In this document: piece after piece, positions 19,740-29,610 of the stretch
Position numbering within the stretch: position 1 is the stretch's first letter
How the letters are laid out: the number at the start of each line of letters is the position of its first letter
Assembly: GCA_019058365.1 (NCBI GenBank)
Contig: JAHPZE010000014.1
Location: forward strand, 32,001 to 96,000
Length of the DNA stretch: 64,000 nt
Origin: Promethearchaeota archaeon
Lineage (GTDB): Archaea; Asgardarchaeota; Lokiarchaeia; Sigyniarchaeales; SOKP01
Direction of reading: 5' to 3'
Position numbers and translations under genes: made by a program
The notes under the pieces: model-generated
The model's input: only the letters and a program-made list of their open reading frames with translations
What the model was told of the DNA's origin: nothing
The model's database searches: none

Positions 19740-21017
19740 TTAATTTTTCAATTCATCTATTTTGGCTTGCAATTCATGAATACCATTTCTTATTATGTTT
19801 TTTGCTATGAATGAAGATTCCTCTGCTTCTTTTTGCATTAATATCCTTGATTTTAAAGAGCATGCTTCTAAAAATGTGCTTTTGTTCTTTATACTTGAAC
19901 CGATAATTATAACATCCAGAATATGTAAAGCTAATTGGAGTTTTCCTTGTTTATATAGCTTTTCCGCGTGAAAAAGATATTTTTTTTCATCATTTATTGC
20001 TAAAAACTCCTCTGCGATCTCATTAGATTTAGCGGGAAAGAGATCAGTTGGATTTCCCGTTGTATACCATCCATGAAAAAGCCTATAAACAGCATGTATA
20101 GCAAATCGATAACAACCATATGCCGGATTCAAATATTTGTGTTTTTTAAACTTTTCAGGATAAATTTCAAGCATCTCATGATAAATTTGTTCGAACCATT
20201 TTCCTTCATTTAATCTTTTTACAACTTCATCATAAACAAAATGCATTACTTCTGCTCTAATTGATAAAGCTTCTTGAACATTTTTTTTGCCTTCTATAAG
20301 TGGTCCATGACCAGGTGCTAAGAACTTTGCGTCTTTTTCTAACATTTTTTCCATAGCTATAGCCCATTGTTTAGGGTAGCGTTGTACTTTAAATGGGTTC
20401 CCTACATTAGGGAATGTGGGATTCGATACTAATTCCCCAGGAAATAAAACTTCTTTTTCAGGTAAAAACATCCATAAGCTATCATCTGTTTCTCCTTTAT
20501 CGTGATAAAGCTCAAAAGAATAATTTCCTAATTTAAACTCATAATTGTTATTTCCATGAATTATTATTGTTGGGTTGAGTGTATCATGAGCAGAAACCCC
20601 CTCTTTTGGTATATTCCCTATTGAAGAAAATTGCTGATTATTAATCCAATTATGATATTTGTCTAATTCTCTATACTTCTCAAATCTATTTAAAATGTTT
20701 TCATGTGCAATGATTTGAGGCATCTCCCATCCTTTATCGTTTACTTCTTTAATGATCGACGCATATCCAAAAGAATGATCAAAATGCCCATGAGAATAGA
20801 TGATAAATCTTATTTGCTTATCTGAAAACTTTCGGATTTTATTGAATATACGACGATGAAATAATCTATTGGATAGATCAAAAACAACTAATCCTTCTTC
20901 AGTTTTTATCACACTAACATTGGCCCAAGCTCCAATAAGAAAACATGTATCATCTGCAAATGTCTTAGATGGAAAATTGCCGAACCATTGGTTCATAGCC
21001 TCTTCAGTTGAGCTCAT
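19740..21017 (-). CDS. Alkyl/aryl-sulfatase-like MBL hydrolase with dimerisation domain
   Basis: YSHGHFDH, GETDD, PNVGNPFKVQRY, PGHG, GWY.GNPTDL. Confidence 0.85.
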   Translation of the reverse strand: MSSTEEAMNQWFGNFPSKTFADDTCFLIGAWANVSVIKTEEGLVVFDLSNRLFHRRIFNKIRKFSDKQIRFIIYSHGHFDHSFGYASIIKEVNDKGWEMPQIIAHENILNRFEKYRELDKYHNWINNQQFSSIGNIPKEGVSAHDTLNPTIIIHGNNNYEFKLGNYSFELYHDKGETDDSLWMFLPEKEVLFPGELVSNPTFPNVGNPFKVQRYPKQWAIAMEKMLEKDAKFLAPGHGPLIEGKKNVQEALSIRAEVMHFVYDEVVKRLNEGKWFEQIYHEMLEIYPEKFKKHKYLNPAYGCYRFAIHAVYRLFHGWYTTGNPTDLFPAKSNEIAEEFLAINDEKKYLFHAEKLYKQGKLQLALHILDVIIIGSSIKNKSTFLEACSLKSRILMQKEAEESSFIAKNIIRNGIHELQAKIDELKN

Positions 21018-21040
21018 TATTTTTCTTGTAAATTTAACTT

Positions 21041-22006
21041 TTATGAATTGTAAAGATTTTGAATTATATCATTTGCTTCTTTCATTATTCGTTCAATTAA
21101 TTCTTTCACTGAGGGTATATCGTGGATTAATCCTATCCCTTGACCAACAGATATGATACCCGCAGATAAATCACCTTGTTCATACATAAGCTTCGATTTT
21201 GCACCAGCAGCAGCATTAAATATCTCCATTTGGTCACTTTTTGAGTTTTCTAACTCAAGAACTAGTTTAGCGGCATCATTGTCCCAAACTCGATGAGTAG
21301 CATTAAGAGATCGCATAATAATGGTTGTATCATAGATACTAGTATTTATTAAGGCTTTCTTTAAATTATCATGAATTGGACATTCTTGGGTGGTTAAAAG
21401 ACGAGTACCTATTAATGCTGCCTGAGCTCCTAATGCTAAAACAGCAGCTACACCTCTTCCATCTGATATCCCCCCTCCGGCAACAACAGGTACCTCTAAA
21501 GCGTCAATAGTAGCAGGTGTTAATACTATAGTACCAATATCATATCGCCCGGTAGCACCACCATTTTCCCAACCGACAACTTCTACAATATCAGCTCCTA
21601 ATGAAGCCGCTTTTTTCGCATATCTTACACCTGCACATTTATGAATCCAAATTATATCATTCTTTTTGAATAAAGGAATGTATTTATCTGGAGCTTCATG
21701 TCCCGATGTTTCAATAATTTTAACCCCTTCTTCGATCATAGCTTTAACTAGATCAATTTGTCTTATGGGTCTTAGCATAGGAAATAAATTTACATTTACA
21801 GCATAGGCTTTATCAGTTAGAGCTTGTAATTCATGGAGAGCTTCACGTAATGGTTCAGGTTTTCGATACATTACTGAGGCAAGAATTCCGAGTGCACCTG
21901 CATTTGAACATGCAGCAGCGAAAGAGGGATAACTTATATTCATCATATTTCCACAAAAAATTGGATATTTTATACCCAACATTTCTGTCACTTTTGTTTT
22001 CAACAT
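21041..22006 (-). CDS. Nitronate monooxygenase / FabK-like flavin oxidoreductase
   Basis: NAGALG, VGWENGG, VAGGGISDGRG, IGTR, GQGIGLI. Confidence 0.9.
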   Translation of the reverse strand: MLKTKVTEMLGIKYPIFCGNMMNISYPSFAAACSNAGALGILASVMYRKPEPLREALHELQALTDKAYAVNVNLFPMLRPIRQIDLVKAMIEEGVKIIETSGHEAPDKYIPLFKKNDIIWIHKCAGVRYAKKAASLGADIVEVVGWENGGATGRYDIGTIVLTPATIDALEVPVVAGGGISDGRGVAAVLALGAQAALIGTRLLTTQECPIHDNLKKALINTSIYDTTIIMRSLNATHRVWDNDAAKLVLELENSKSDQMEIFNAAAGAKSKLMYEQGDLSAGIISVGQGIGLIHDIPSVKELIERIMKEANDIIQNLYNS

Positions 22007-22108
22007 GGGTTTATTACTTCTTTTTTATTATATTATAAGTATTTAATTTAATATGATTAATAGAATCTCTTACTGTAAAAATTAAAAACTTCATTTTCTA
22101 GGGTGTCT

Positions 22109-22786
22109 CTAATTTAACTTAAACATTCTTAAAATATCTTCAATACTAATCTCTGTTAAATCCTTTATAATTAAATGAGCATTAAGAAGTTCTTCCTTAT
22201 TGTGTGTTGTTGTAAGGGCAATTGGTATCATTTCTGCTCTCATAGCTGCTTCTATACCAACTGGCGCATCCTCAATAACTATACAATTTTTTGGGTTGAT
22301 ATTTAAAGTCTTAGCAACAATTAGGAAAACGTCTGGTTCTGGTTTTCCTTTCTTAACTTCTGCCGCGGTAATAATAACATCAAAATAATGTTTTATTTTT
22401 AAACTTGTCAATACCAAATCTACATTTTCAGAAGGACCACTCGAACCTACAGCTAATTTAAACCCTTTAGATTTTAGATCAGCTAGAATTTTCATAACTC
22501 CGGGTAAAGGTGCTAATTTATCCTTTACAATTTCTCGATAATTTTTCTCTTTAATATTAGCCCATTTTTCTATAAGAACTTCATCTGGATCTGGACCTAC
22601 TAATTTTCGAGTAATTGTGGGAGATTGTTGACCAAAGGTCTCTTCAAAAAGCTCTCTTGTAAACTCTACTCCTATAAATCTTCCTAAATTTACCCAACTC
22701 TCAAAATGAATAGGACCTGTGTCAGCAAGAACACCATCCATATCAAAGATAACGCAATAATGTGAATAAATTGCATTATATTTCAT
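22109..22786 (-). CDS. HAD phosphatase (beta-phosphoglucomutase-like)
   Basis: FDMDGVLADT, KGKPEPD, IEDAPVG. Confidence 0.9.
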   Translation of the reverse strand: MKYNAIYSHYCVIFDMDGVLADTGPIHFESWVNLGRFIGVEFTRELFEETFGQQSPTITRKLVGPDPDEVLIEKWANIKEKNYREIVKDKLAPLPGVMKILADLKSKGFKLAVGSSGPSENVDLVLTSLKIKHYFDVIITAAEVKKGKPEPDVFLIVAKTLNINPKNCIVIEDAPVGIEAAMRAEMIPIALTTTHNKEELLNAHLIIKDLTEISIEDILRMFKLN

Positions 22787-22936
22787 CTCAAATCAATCTT
22801 ATCCATAAAAGCTTAAAATCTAATCTTTTGCAGTATTTAAAATTTTAAAATTTCAATTAGAAATTAGTTTATATATTAAGAAGACATAATTAAGAATTAA
22901 AAAAGTGGGTATTAAACTTTTAAAAGTTGGACAATT

Positions 22937-25900
22937 ATGAAAAAGGAATTAAGAATCATGTCTTTATTGGGAATTTTTGCATTTCTATCTTTAACTATTT
23001 TCGTTTCAGATATTTTTAACGAATTCAATTTTAATACTAAAAATCGCTTAGAAAATTCAGGATTTTGGGATCTTACCAGTACTCCAATCCATATCAATGA
23101 CTTAAATCCTAGCATTAATTGGAGTAGAACTGCTGCTGATAATGAGTGGTGTAGTGGATCAGGAACTTGGAGTGATCCCTATCTTATTGAAAATATCACT
23201 ATAGATGATTTATTTAGTGGAAGTTGTATATGGATTGAAAATTCTGAAGTCCCATTCATAATTAGAAATTGTACTTTTATAAATAGTGGAAGAGGCGCAG
23301 TTTGGCCTGATTCTGGAATAAGATTTAATAACGTCAGCAATGGGCGTATAGAGAATAATACAATTTACTTAAATGAATTTTATGGACTTTCAATACTAGA
23401 CGGGAGTAAGAATAATACTATTACAAAAAATAATATTAATAATAATGATGATGGTGGATTGTATTTAGGGTATTCTAGTAATAATAATATTTTTAGTGAT
23501 AATAATTTCAATTATAACTATTTTGGAGGTTTTTATATTTATCATTGTAATTTTAATAATTTTTCAGGAAATACCATTAAGCAAACCACGAGTGATCAAA
23601 CTAGAGAGATAACAATTACTGGGCAAAACAATACTTTCTCAGGAAATATGTTTGAAAACTGTGGAATCTATCTTCAACCTTGGGATGAGCCATTAAGCGA
23701 ATTATCTTCTCATTTGATTGATATAACAAATTTAGTTAATGGGAAACCAATATATTATTATGCAAACAAAAGTTTTCTGATAAAGGATAATTTCACCAAT
23801 GCGGGGCAAGTTATCTTAGTAAACTGTGAATTTTGTGAAATATCAAGTCAAAATATATCTAATAGTGGACGTGGTATATTATTCTATTATAGTCATAATA
23901 ATACTATTTTTAACAATAGTATTAGTAATTCTTTTGCTGAGGAAATTTCTGTATATAAATCTGATCAAAATAATATATCTCATAATTTAATTAGTAATAT
24001 TGGGGATTCTATAGGCATTACTTTAAGCTATTCTAATAAAAATAATGTCTCATTAAATCAAATTTTTGATTGTAATACTGCTATAGATATAAATACGGGT
24101 TATTGGAATACAATAAGCTTTAATAATTTAACAGATAATTACAGAGGTGTAGATATTTACCACGGAGAACTTACAGATATGAATAATACAATTAAAAAAA
24201 ATATAATTTCAGATAATGATCAAGGTATCTATGTACAAAACGCCAATACAAATGGAAATACAATATTTTTTAACTATTTTATCACAAATAGCATAAATGC
24301 ATATGATAATGGAGATTATAATTATTGGGACAATGGATCGTTAGGAAATTACTGGGATGACTATGTGGGGAATGATTCTAATGATGACGGAATTGGTGAA
24401 ACCCCATATATTGTATCAGGGGCAGGTGGGAATCAAGATAATTTTCCTCTATGGGATGATGGTCATAATGGAAGTAAAATATTCATAGATGATGGTTCTT
24501 CAAATAATTGGAATTGGGCTAGTAAACATACTTGGTGTACAGGTTCTGGAACATTGAAAGATCCCTATATAATAAAAAATTGTAATATCGATGGTAATAA
24601 TTCGGGTAGTTGTATCTACATAAAGAATTCAAATGTATATTTTAGAATTGAGAATTGTACTGTTTATAATTCACAGAGTGTAGATGGTATATATCATGCT
24701 GGCATCTTATTAGAGGATACATCTAAAGGAACAATAATAAATACTACCACTTCTTATAATAATGGGAATGGGATTTCCCTTGATGGATCTCATAATATTA
24801 CAATTCAAGGATGTTTTATTAATGATAATATTAATTATGGAATTTCTCAGATTTGGAGTAGTTATAATATCACAATAATTAATAATACTATCAACAATAA
24901 CAATAGGGGAATCTTTACCTCTTCTGCTGCCCAAGATGATAAGATTATAGGAAATGTTTTTAAAAGCAATACTGAAGCTGCTATTTACTTTAACCCTGGT
25001 TCTTATAGTTTAATTGAAAGAAATAAAATTACAGGCAGTTTTAGGGGAATTCATTTATGGGGAAACAATAATACCATTTTATTTAATGATATCTATTCTA
25101 ATTCATATGGAATTTACTTTAGTCCTGGAATGGATACATGGAATAATACAATAGCTCATAATTCAATTTATAATTCATTTTCATATGCTATCTATTTAGA
25201 AGGCTCTAATGACCGATTTAACATTTTTTATAACAATTCATTTACAGGAAATGGAAATAATGCTTATGATGATGGTTATGGTAATTATTGGGATAATGGT
25301 ATAATTGGGAATTATTGGGATGATTATAGCGGGGAGGATGCAAATGATGATGGTATTGGAGAAGATCCATACGTCATTACTGGATTAGCTTTAAGTCAAG
25401 ATAATTTCCCTATTTGGGACGATGGTCATAATGGTAGTAAAATTGTTATTGATGATAGTGCATCTAATAACTGGGTTTGGGCTAAAACTCGAACATGGTG
25501 TTCAGGCTCGGGAACTTTTAATGATCCGTATATAATAAGAGAGTGTATAATTGATGGAAATAACTTAACCAGTTGTATCCAGATTAGTAATTCGATTGTA
25601 TATTTTAGAATTGAAAATTGTAGCATTTTTAATTGTTCTTCAGGGCAAGCGGGGATCAAATTATTAAATGTGCTTAACGGACAATTATTAAATAGTAATT
25701 GTTCAAATAACATAGGCTATGGAATATATTTATCCGACAGTCATAATAATACTATTTCAGGAAATATCGCAAATTATAATGATGAATTTGGGATATTTCT
25801 AGAAGCAAGTGATAATAACACCCTTTCAGGAAACGATTTAAATGAAAATTTTTATGGTATTTATTTAGGATTGAGCAACAACAACACAATTTCAGAAAAT

Positions 25901-28900
25901 TCTGCTAATAATAATGATTGGCAAGGAATCTATTTATCTTCTTCGAGTAATAATAATACGATTCTAAATAATAACGTAACCTGTAATAATGACAATGGAA
26001 TATTTATAGATTCCAGTACTTATAATAAGCTATTTGGAAATATTGCTGACAATAACGGATGGAATGGCTTACTTCTATGGAAAAGCATTGGAAATATAAT
26101 TAGAGGAAATATAATAAGTTATAACGTTTTTGCCGGTGTTTATTTATATAGAAGTAATAATACTGAAGTTATAGAAAATAATTTCATTGGAAACTTATAT
26201 AATATTTACGAAATAGGATGTGAAAATAATAATTTTGTTTTAAATTATTACGATGGAATACTTACTCCATTTGTTATAGATAATAATGGAGGTGGTGATC
26301 TTACATGGCTAGAAGCGGTTAATCTGTTTGTTTGGTGTACAGGTTCAGGCAGCTACTCTGATCCATATATAATACAAAATTTAATTATCGATGGTCAAAA
26401 TTCAAGTAGCTGTATAGAAATTAGAGATTCTGATGTGTACTTTTACATCATTAATTGTTCATTCTATAATTCTGGTAATGGTTTATATAATGCAGGAATT
26501 GAACTTGCAAATGTAATTAATGGACAATTGATAACTAATAATTGTTCAAATAATAATGGTATTGGAATTGGTTTATACCAGAGTCAAAATGTTACTATTG
26601 ATGGAAACATAGTAAACAATAATGAGGAGTCTGGAATCTTTTTAGAAGTAAGTCATAATAATATTCTTTCGGCAAACACCTTAAATGAGAATTCTGATGG
26701 AATATATTTAGGTTTAAGTACCAACAACACTATTTCAGAAAATTCAGCTTTTAATAACGACCAAAGAGGGATTTATTTATCATCTTCATCCAATAATAAT
26801 ACAATTCTAAATAACAATTTTACCTATAACGGTCAAGATGGAATATTTATATCTTATAGTTATAATAATACAATTATAGGAAATAATGCAGACTATAATG
26901 ATTATGGAATTTCGGTATGGAATAGCAATAATAATACAATCATAGGTAATACTTTAAGTAATAACGATTTTATCGGATTATGGTTATATAAAAGCAATAA
27001 TACGGATGTCATATGCAACACATTCTTTGGGAACTCAAATAAAAATATCAAAGAATCTGAAACTAAAAATAACTTTTTTAATTGGAATTATTTAGATGGA
27101 ATTTTTTCTCCATTTATCATTGATGATGATGGAGGGGGAGATTTTACTTGGACAGAACTAAAATCTCTATTTTTTTGGTGTACGGGATCAGGTAATTATT
27201 TCGATCCGTATATAATAAATAACTTGATAATTAATGGCAAAAATTCAAGTAGCTGTATAGAGATTAGGGATTCTATGGTATTTTTTAAGATCGAAGGTTT
27301 TACGCTTTATAATTCCAGTTCAGGTTTATCTAATGCAGGAATTAAATTAACAAATGTAGTCAATGGACAATTGATAAACAATAACTGTTCTAATAATAAC
27401 GGTAATGGTATACAATTATCCAACAATCAAAATGTTACTATTGATGGAAACATAGTAAACAATAATGAGGAGTTTGGAATCTTTTTAGAAGTAAGTCATA
27501 ATAACACTCTATCGGGAAACACTTTAGATGAGAATTATGGGGGAATTCTTTTAGTATCAAGCAGCAATAATACTATTTCAGAAAATTTTGCTTATAATAA
27601 TGGCTGGCAGGGGTTCTACCTATCTTCCTCAAGCAATAATAATATAATTTTAAATAATAACTTAACTTACAATAACGAGAATGGAATATTTGTAGATTCC
27701 AGTAATTATAATACAATTACAGGAAATATCGCAGATCATAACAGTGAGAATGGGATATTTGTAGAGTCCAGTATTTATAATACAATTACAGGAAATATCG
27801 CAGATCATAACAGTGAGAATGGGATATTTGTAGAGTTCAGTAATTATAATACAATTACAGGAAATATCGCAGATCATAACGGTGGGAATGGGATATTTGT
27901 ATGTGAATGCAATGATACTACAGTTGCAAGAAATAAAGCAAATTATAACACTTTTGCGGGATTGTATTTAATGAGCAGCAATAATACTGAAGTTATAGGT
28001 AATATTTTCATTGGAAACTTATATACTATCTCTGAAAGTGATGGTGTAAACAATAATTTTAACTGGAATGTTGAAGATGGCTTCACAGATCCAATTATTA
28101 TAGATGATACTGGTATAGGAAATTTTACATGGGGTGAAAGTCTTAATTATTTAGCGTGGATTTATGGTTCTGGGACTTTAATTGATCCATATATAATTGA
28201 ATTAATTACAATTGATGGTCTGAATTTAACTAGTTGCCTTACAATTAGAAATTCTAATGTTTATTTCAGGATACAAAATTGCACTTTTTATAATTCTGGC
28301 TATAATCTCTATGATGGGGGAATTAAACTAAATTCGACATTAAATGGAGAATTGAAGAATAATAATTGCTCATTTAATAATGCAAATGGAATTATCTTAG
28401 ATTCATGTCAATCTATTGTTATTACCGAGAATTCAATTAATAACAATCAGAGATCTGGACTCGTATTAATTGATTGTAGTAATATTGATATCATTAATAA
28501 TAAGGAGACAATCAACTTTAACGAGCTTTATGGTATTTATTTATTTAATAGTCATTACAATGATATAACGAATAATACAATAAATAACAATGGAATAGGA
28601 ATTTTTCTTAATCAGTCTAATTATAATTCCATTGATTGGAATACTCTATTAAATAATGGTCAAGCAATTGTAGACAATGGTGTAGGAAATATTATTGGTT
28701 TAAATAATGTTTTACCTGGTACGGTAAGTGAATTTCCTTTTGATATCTTAATTATAATTCTGATAATTGGATTAGTTGTTGTAGGAGTTACAGGAGCAAC
28801 AATAGTAATAAAAAAGAAAAGGTCAATTCCAGCTAAGAAGGAAAAAGAATTAAGTGAGAAAAAGAAGGAGAAAATTAGAATTAAGCTTGAAGGAAAACTG

Positions 28901-29557
28901 GATTTTGTTGACTATCTTATAAGGGAAAGGAACATTAAATTAGCTTATAAAAATCTAGGAAAAATTCAAGATACAGCGGATTTGTATGATTTCTTTGATA
29001 TTTTTAATAAAGCGAATGAAAGAGTTGATCATTGTAAGGAGATTGAAGCAAGTATTTCTAAAGCAGTGATAGAAGAAGAAGTTTCTCGCCATGTTAAAGA
29101 AAGAGAAGTAAAAGAAGTAGTTATACCTCCACCTATAATAAAGAAAGAGGAAGAAAAGAAGTACAATTTATTTATTAGTTATTCTACTGTTGATAGAGAC
29201 TATTTTCAAATATCAAAGATTGTAGAAGAGCTTAAAAAGTATCCTAATATCAGCCAAATCTCATATTGGGAACGAGACAGTAAAGCAAACATTGTAGAGT
29301 TCATGGACGAGACGCTTGAAGTAAGTAATACCTTTCTACTCTTTTGTAGCGAACATTCTGTAAATTCTAAAGCTGTAAAAGATGAATGGCAGGCAGCTTT
29401 CCAAATGAGAAAAGAAGGTTTGATAAAACTGATTCCCGTATATGAAGAACAAAAGCACATTCCAAAAATATTATGGCATCTACTAAATGTCAAATATGAT
29501 AAAGATAATTTTAAGAGCTTTATCGAAAATCTCTATAAGGAAATTATGAGAGAATAA
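22937..29557 (+). CDS. Giant single-pass receptor-like protein: N-terminal signal/anchor, six beta-helix (NosD/PbH1) modules, TM helix, helical linker, C-terminal TIR domain
   Basis: N-terminal hydrophobic segment. Six W(C)xGSGxxxDPYII motifs (23147, 24533, 25496, 26333, 27176, 28157) and many GIxLxxSxNNTIxxN coils. TM ILIIILIIGLVVVGVTGATIVI followed by KKKR (28745-28822). TIR: LFISYS...FLLFCSEHSVNSKAVKDEW...LIPV (29162-29554). Confidence 0.9.
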   Translation: MKKELRIMSLLGIFAFLSLTIFVSDIFNEFNFNTKNRLENSGFWDLTSTPIHINDLNPSINWSRTAADNEWCSGSGTWSDPYLIENITIDDLFSGSCIWIENSEVPFIIRNCTFINSGRGAVWPDSGIRFNNVSNGRIENNTIYLNEFYGLSILDGSKNNTITKNNINNNDDGGLYLGYSSNNNIFSDNNFNYNYFGGFYIYHCNFNNFSGNTIKQTTSDQTREITITGQNNTFSGNMFENCGIYLQPWDEPLSELSSHLIDITNLVNGKPIYYYANKSFLIKDNFTNAGQVILVNCEFCEISSQNISNSGRGILFYYSHNNTIFNNSISNSFAEEISVYKSDQNNISHNLISNIGDSIGITLSYSNKNNVSLNQIFDCNTAIDINTGYWNTISFNNLTDNYRGVDIYHGELTDMNNTIKKNIISDNDQGIYVQNANTNGNTIFFNYFITNSINAYDNGDYNYWDNGSLGNYWDDYVGNDSNDDGIGETPYIVSGAGGNQDNFPLWDDGHNGSKIFIDDGSSNNWNWASKHTWCTGSGTLKDPYIIKNCNIDGNNSGSCIYIKNSNVYFRIENCTVYNSQSVDGIYHAGILLEDTSKGTIINTTTSYNNGNGISLDGSHNITIQGCFINDNINYGISQIWSSYNITIINNTINNNNRGIFTSSAAQDDKIIGNVFKSNTEAAIYFNPGSYSLIERNKITGSFRGIHLWGNNNTILFNDIYSNSYGIYFSPGMDTWNNTIAHNSIYNSFSYAIYLEGSNDRFNIFYNNSFTGNGNNAYDDGYGNYWDNGIIGNYWDDYSGEDANDDGIGEDPYVITGLALSQDNFPIWDDGHNGSKIVIDDSASNNWVWAKTRTWCSGSGTFNDPYIIRECIIDGNNLTSCIQISNSIVYFRIENCSIFNCSSGQAGIKLLNVLNGQLLNSNCSNNIGYGIYLSDSHNNTISGNIANYNDEFGIFLEASDNNTLSGNDLNENFYGIYLGLSNNNTISENSANNNDWQGIYLSSSSNNNTILNNNVTCNNDNGIFIDSSTYNKLFGNIADNNGWNGLLLWKSIGNIIRGNIISYNVFAGVYLYRSNNTEVIENNFIGNLYNIYEIGCENNNFVLNYYDGILTPFVIDNNGGGDLTWLEAVNLFVWCTGSGSYSDPYIIQNLIIDGQNSSSCIEIRDSDVYFYIINCSFYNSGNGLYNAGIELANVINGQLITNNCSNNNGIGIGLYQSQNVTIDGNIVNNNEESGIFLEVSHNNILSANTLNENSDGIYLGLSTNNTISENSAFNNDQRGIYLSSSSNNNTILNNNFTYNGQDGIFISYSYNNTIIGNNADYNDYGISVWNSNNNTIIGNTLSNNDFIGLWLYKSNNTDVICNTFFGNSNKNIKESETKNNFFNWNYLDGIFSPFIIDDDGGGDFTWTELKSLFFWCTGSGNYFDPYIINNLIINGKNSSSCIEIRDSMVFFKIEGFTLYNSSSGLSNAGIKLTNVVNGQLINNNCSNNNGNGIQLSNNQNVTIDGNIVNNNEEFGIFLEVSHNNTLSGNTLDENYGGILLVSSSNNTISENFAYNNGWQGFYLSSSSNNNIILNNNLTYNNENGIFVDSSNYNTITGNIADHNSENGIFVESSIYNTITGNIADHNSENGIFVEFSNYNTITGNIADHNGGNGIFVCECNDTTVARNKANYNTFAGLYLMSSNNTEVIGNIFIGNLYTISESDGVNNNFNWNVEDGFTDPIIIDDTGIGNFTWGESLNYLAWIYGSGTLIDPYIIELITIDGLNLTSCLTIRNSNVYFRIQNCTFYNSGYNLYDGGIKLNSTLNGELKNNNCSFNNANGIILDSCQSIVITENSINNNQRSGLVLIDCSNIDIINNKETINFNELYGIYLFNSHYNDITNNTINNNGIGIFLNQSNYNSIDWNTLLNNGQAIVDNGVGNIIGLNNVLPGTVSEFPFDILIIILIIGLVVVGVTGATIVIKKKRSIPAKKEKELSEKKKEKIRIKLEGKLDFVDYLIRERNIKLAYKNLGKIQDTADLYDFFDIFNKANERVDHCKEIEASISKAVIEEEVSRHVKEREVKEVVIPPPIIKKEEEKKYNLFISYSTVDRDYFQISKIVEELKKYPNISQISYWERDSKANIVEFMDETLEVSNTFLLFCSEHSVNSKAVKDEWQAAFQMRKEGLIKLIPVYEEQKHIPKILWHLLNVKYDKDNFKSFIENLYKEIMRE
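27677..27901 (+). repeat. 69-bp intragenic tandem repeat, about 3.25 copies (23-aa beta-helix coil)
   Basis: Units start at 27677, 27746 and 27815, with a partial unit at 27884. They encode ENGIFV(D/E)(S/F)S(N/I)YNTITGNIADHN(S/G). Adjacent units differ at 3 nt. Confidence 0.95.
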
Positions 29558-29610
29558 GAGCAGTTCTCTCCCTCATTTTTTCCATTTTTTGATAATTAAT
29601 AATTATTTTT

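Noticed and set aside
27677-27901. Tandem repeats as a CRISPR array or a DGR template/variable repeat pair
   Set aside because: The units are contiguous and in frame with no spacers. Differences are not confined to adenines, and no reverse transcriptase or cas gene is in the window.
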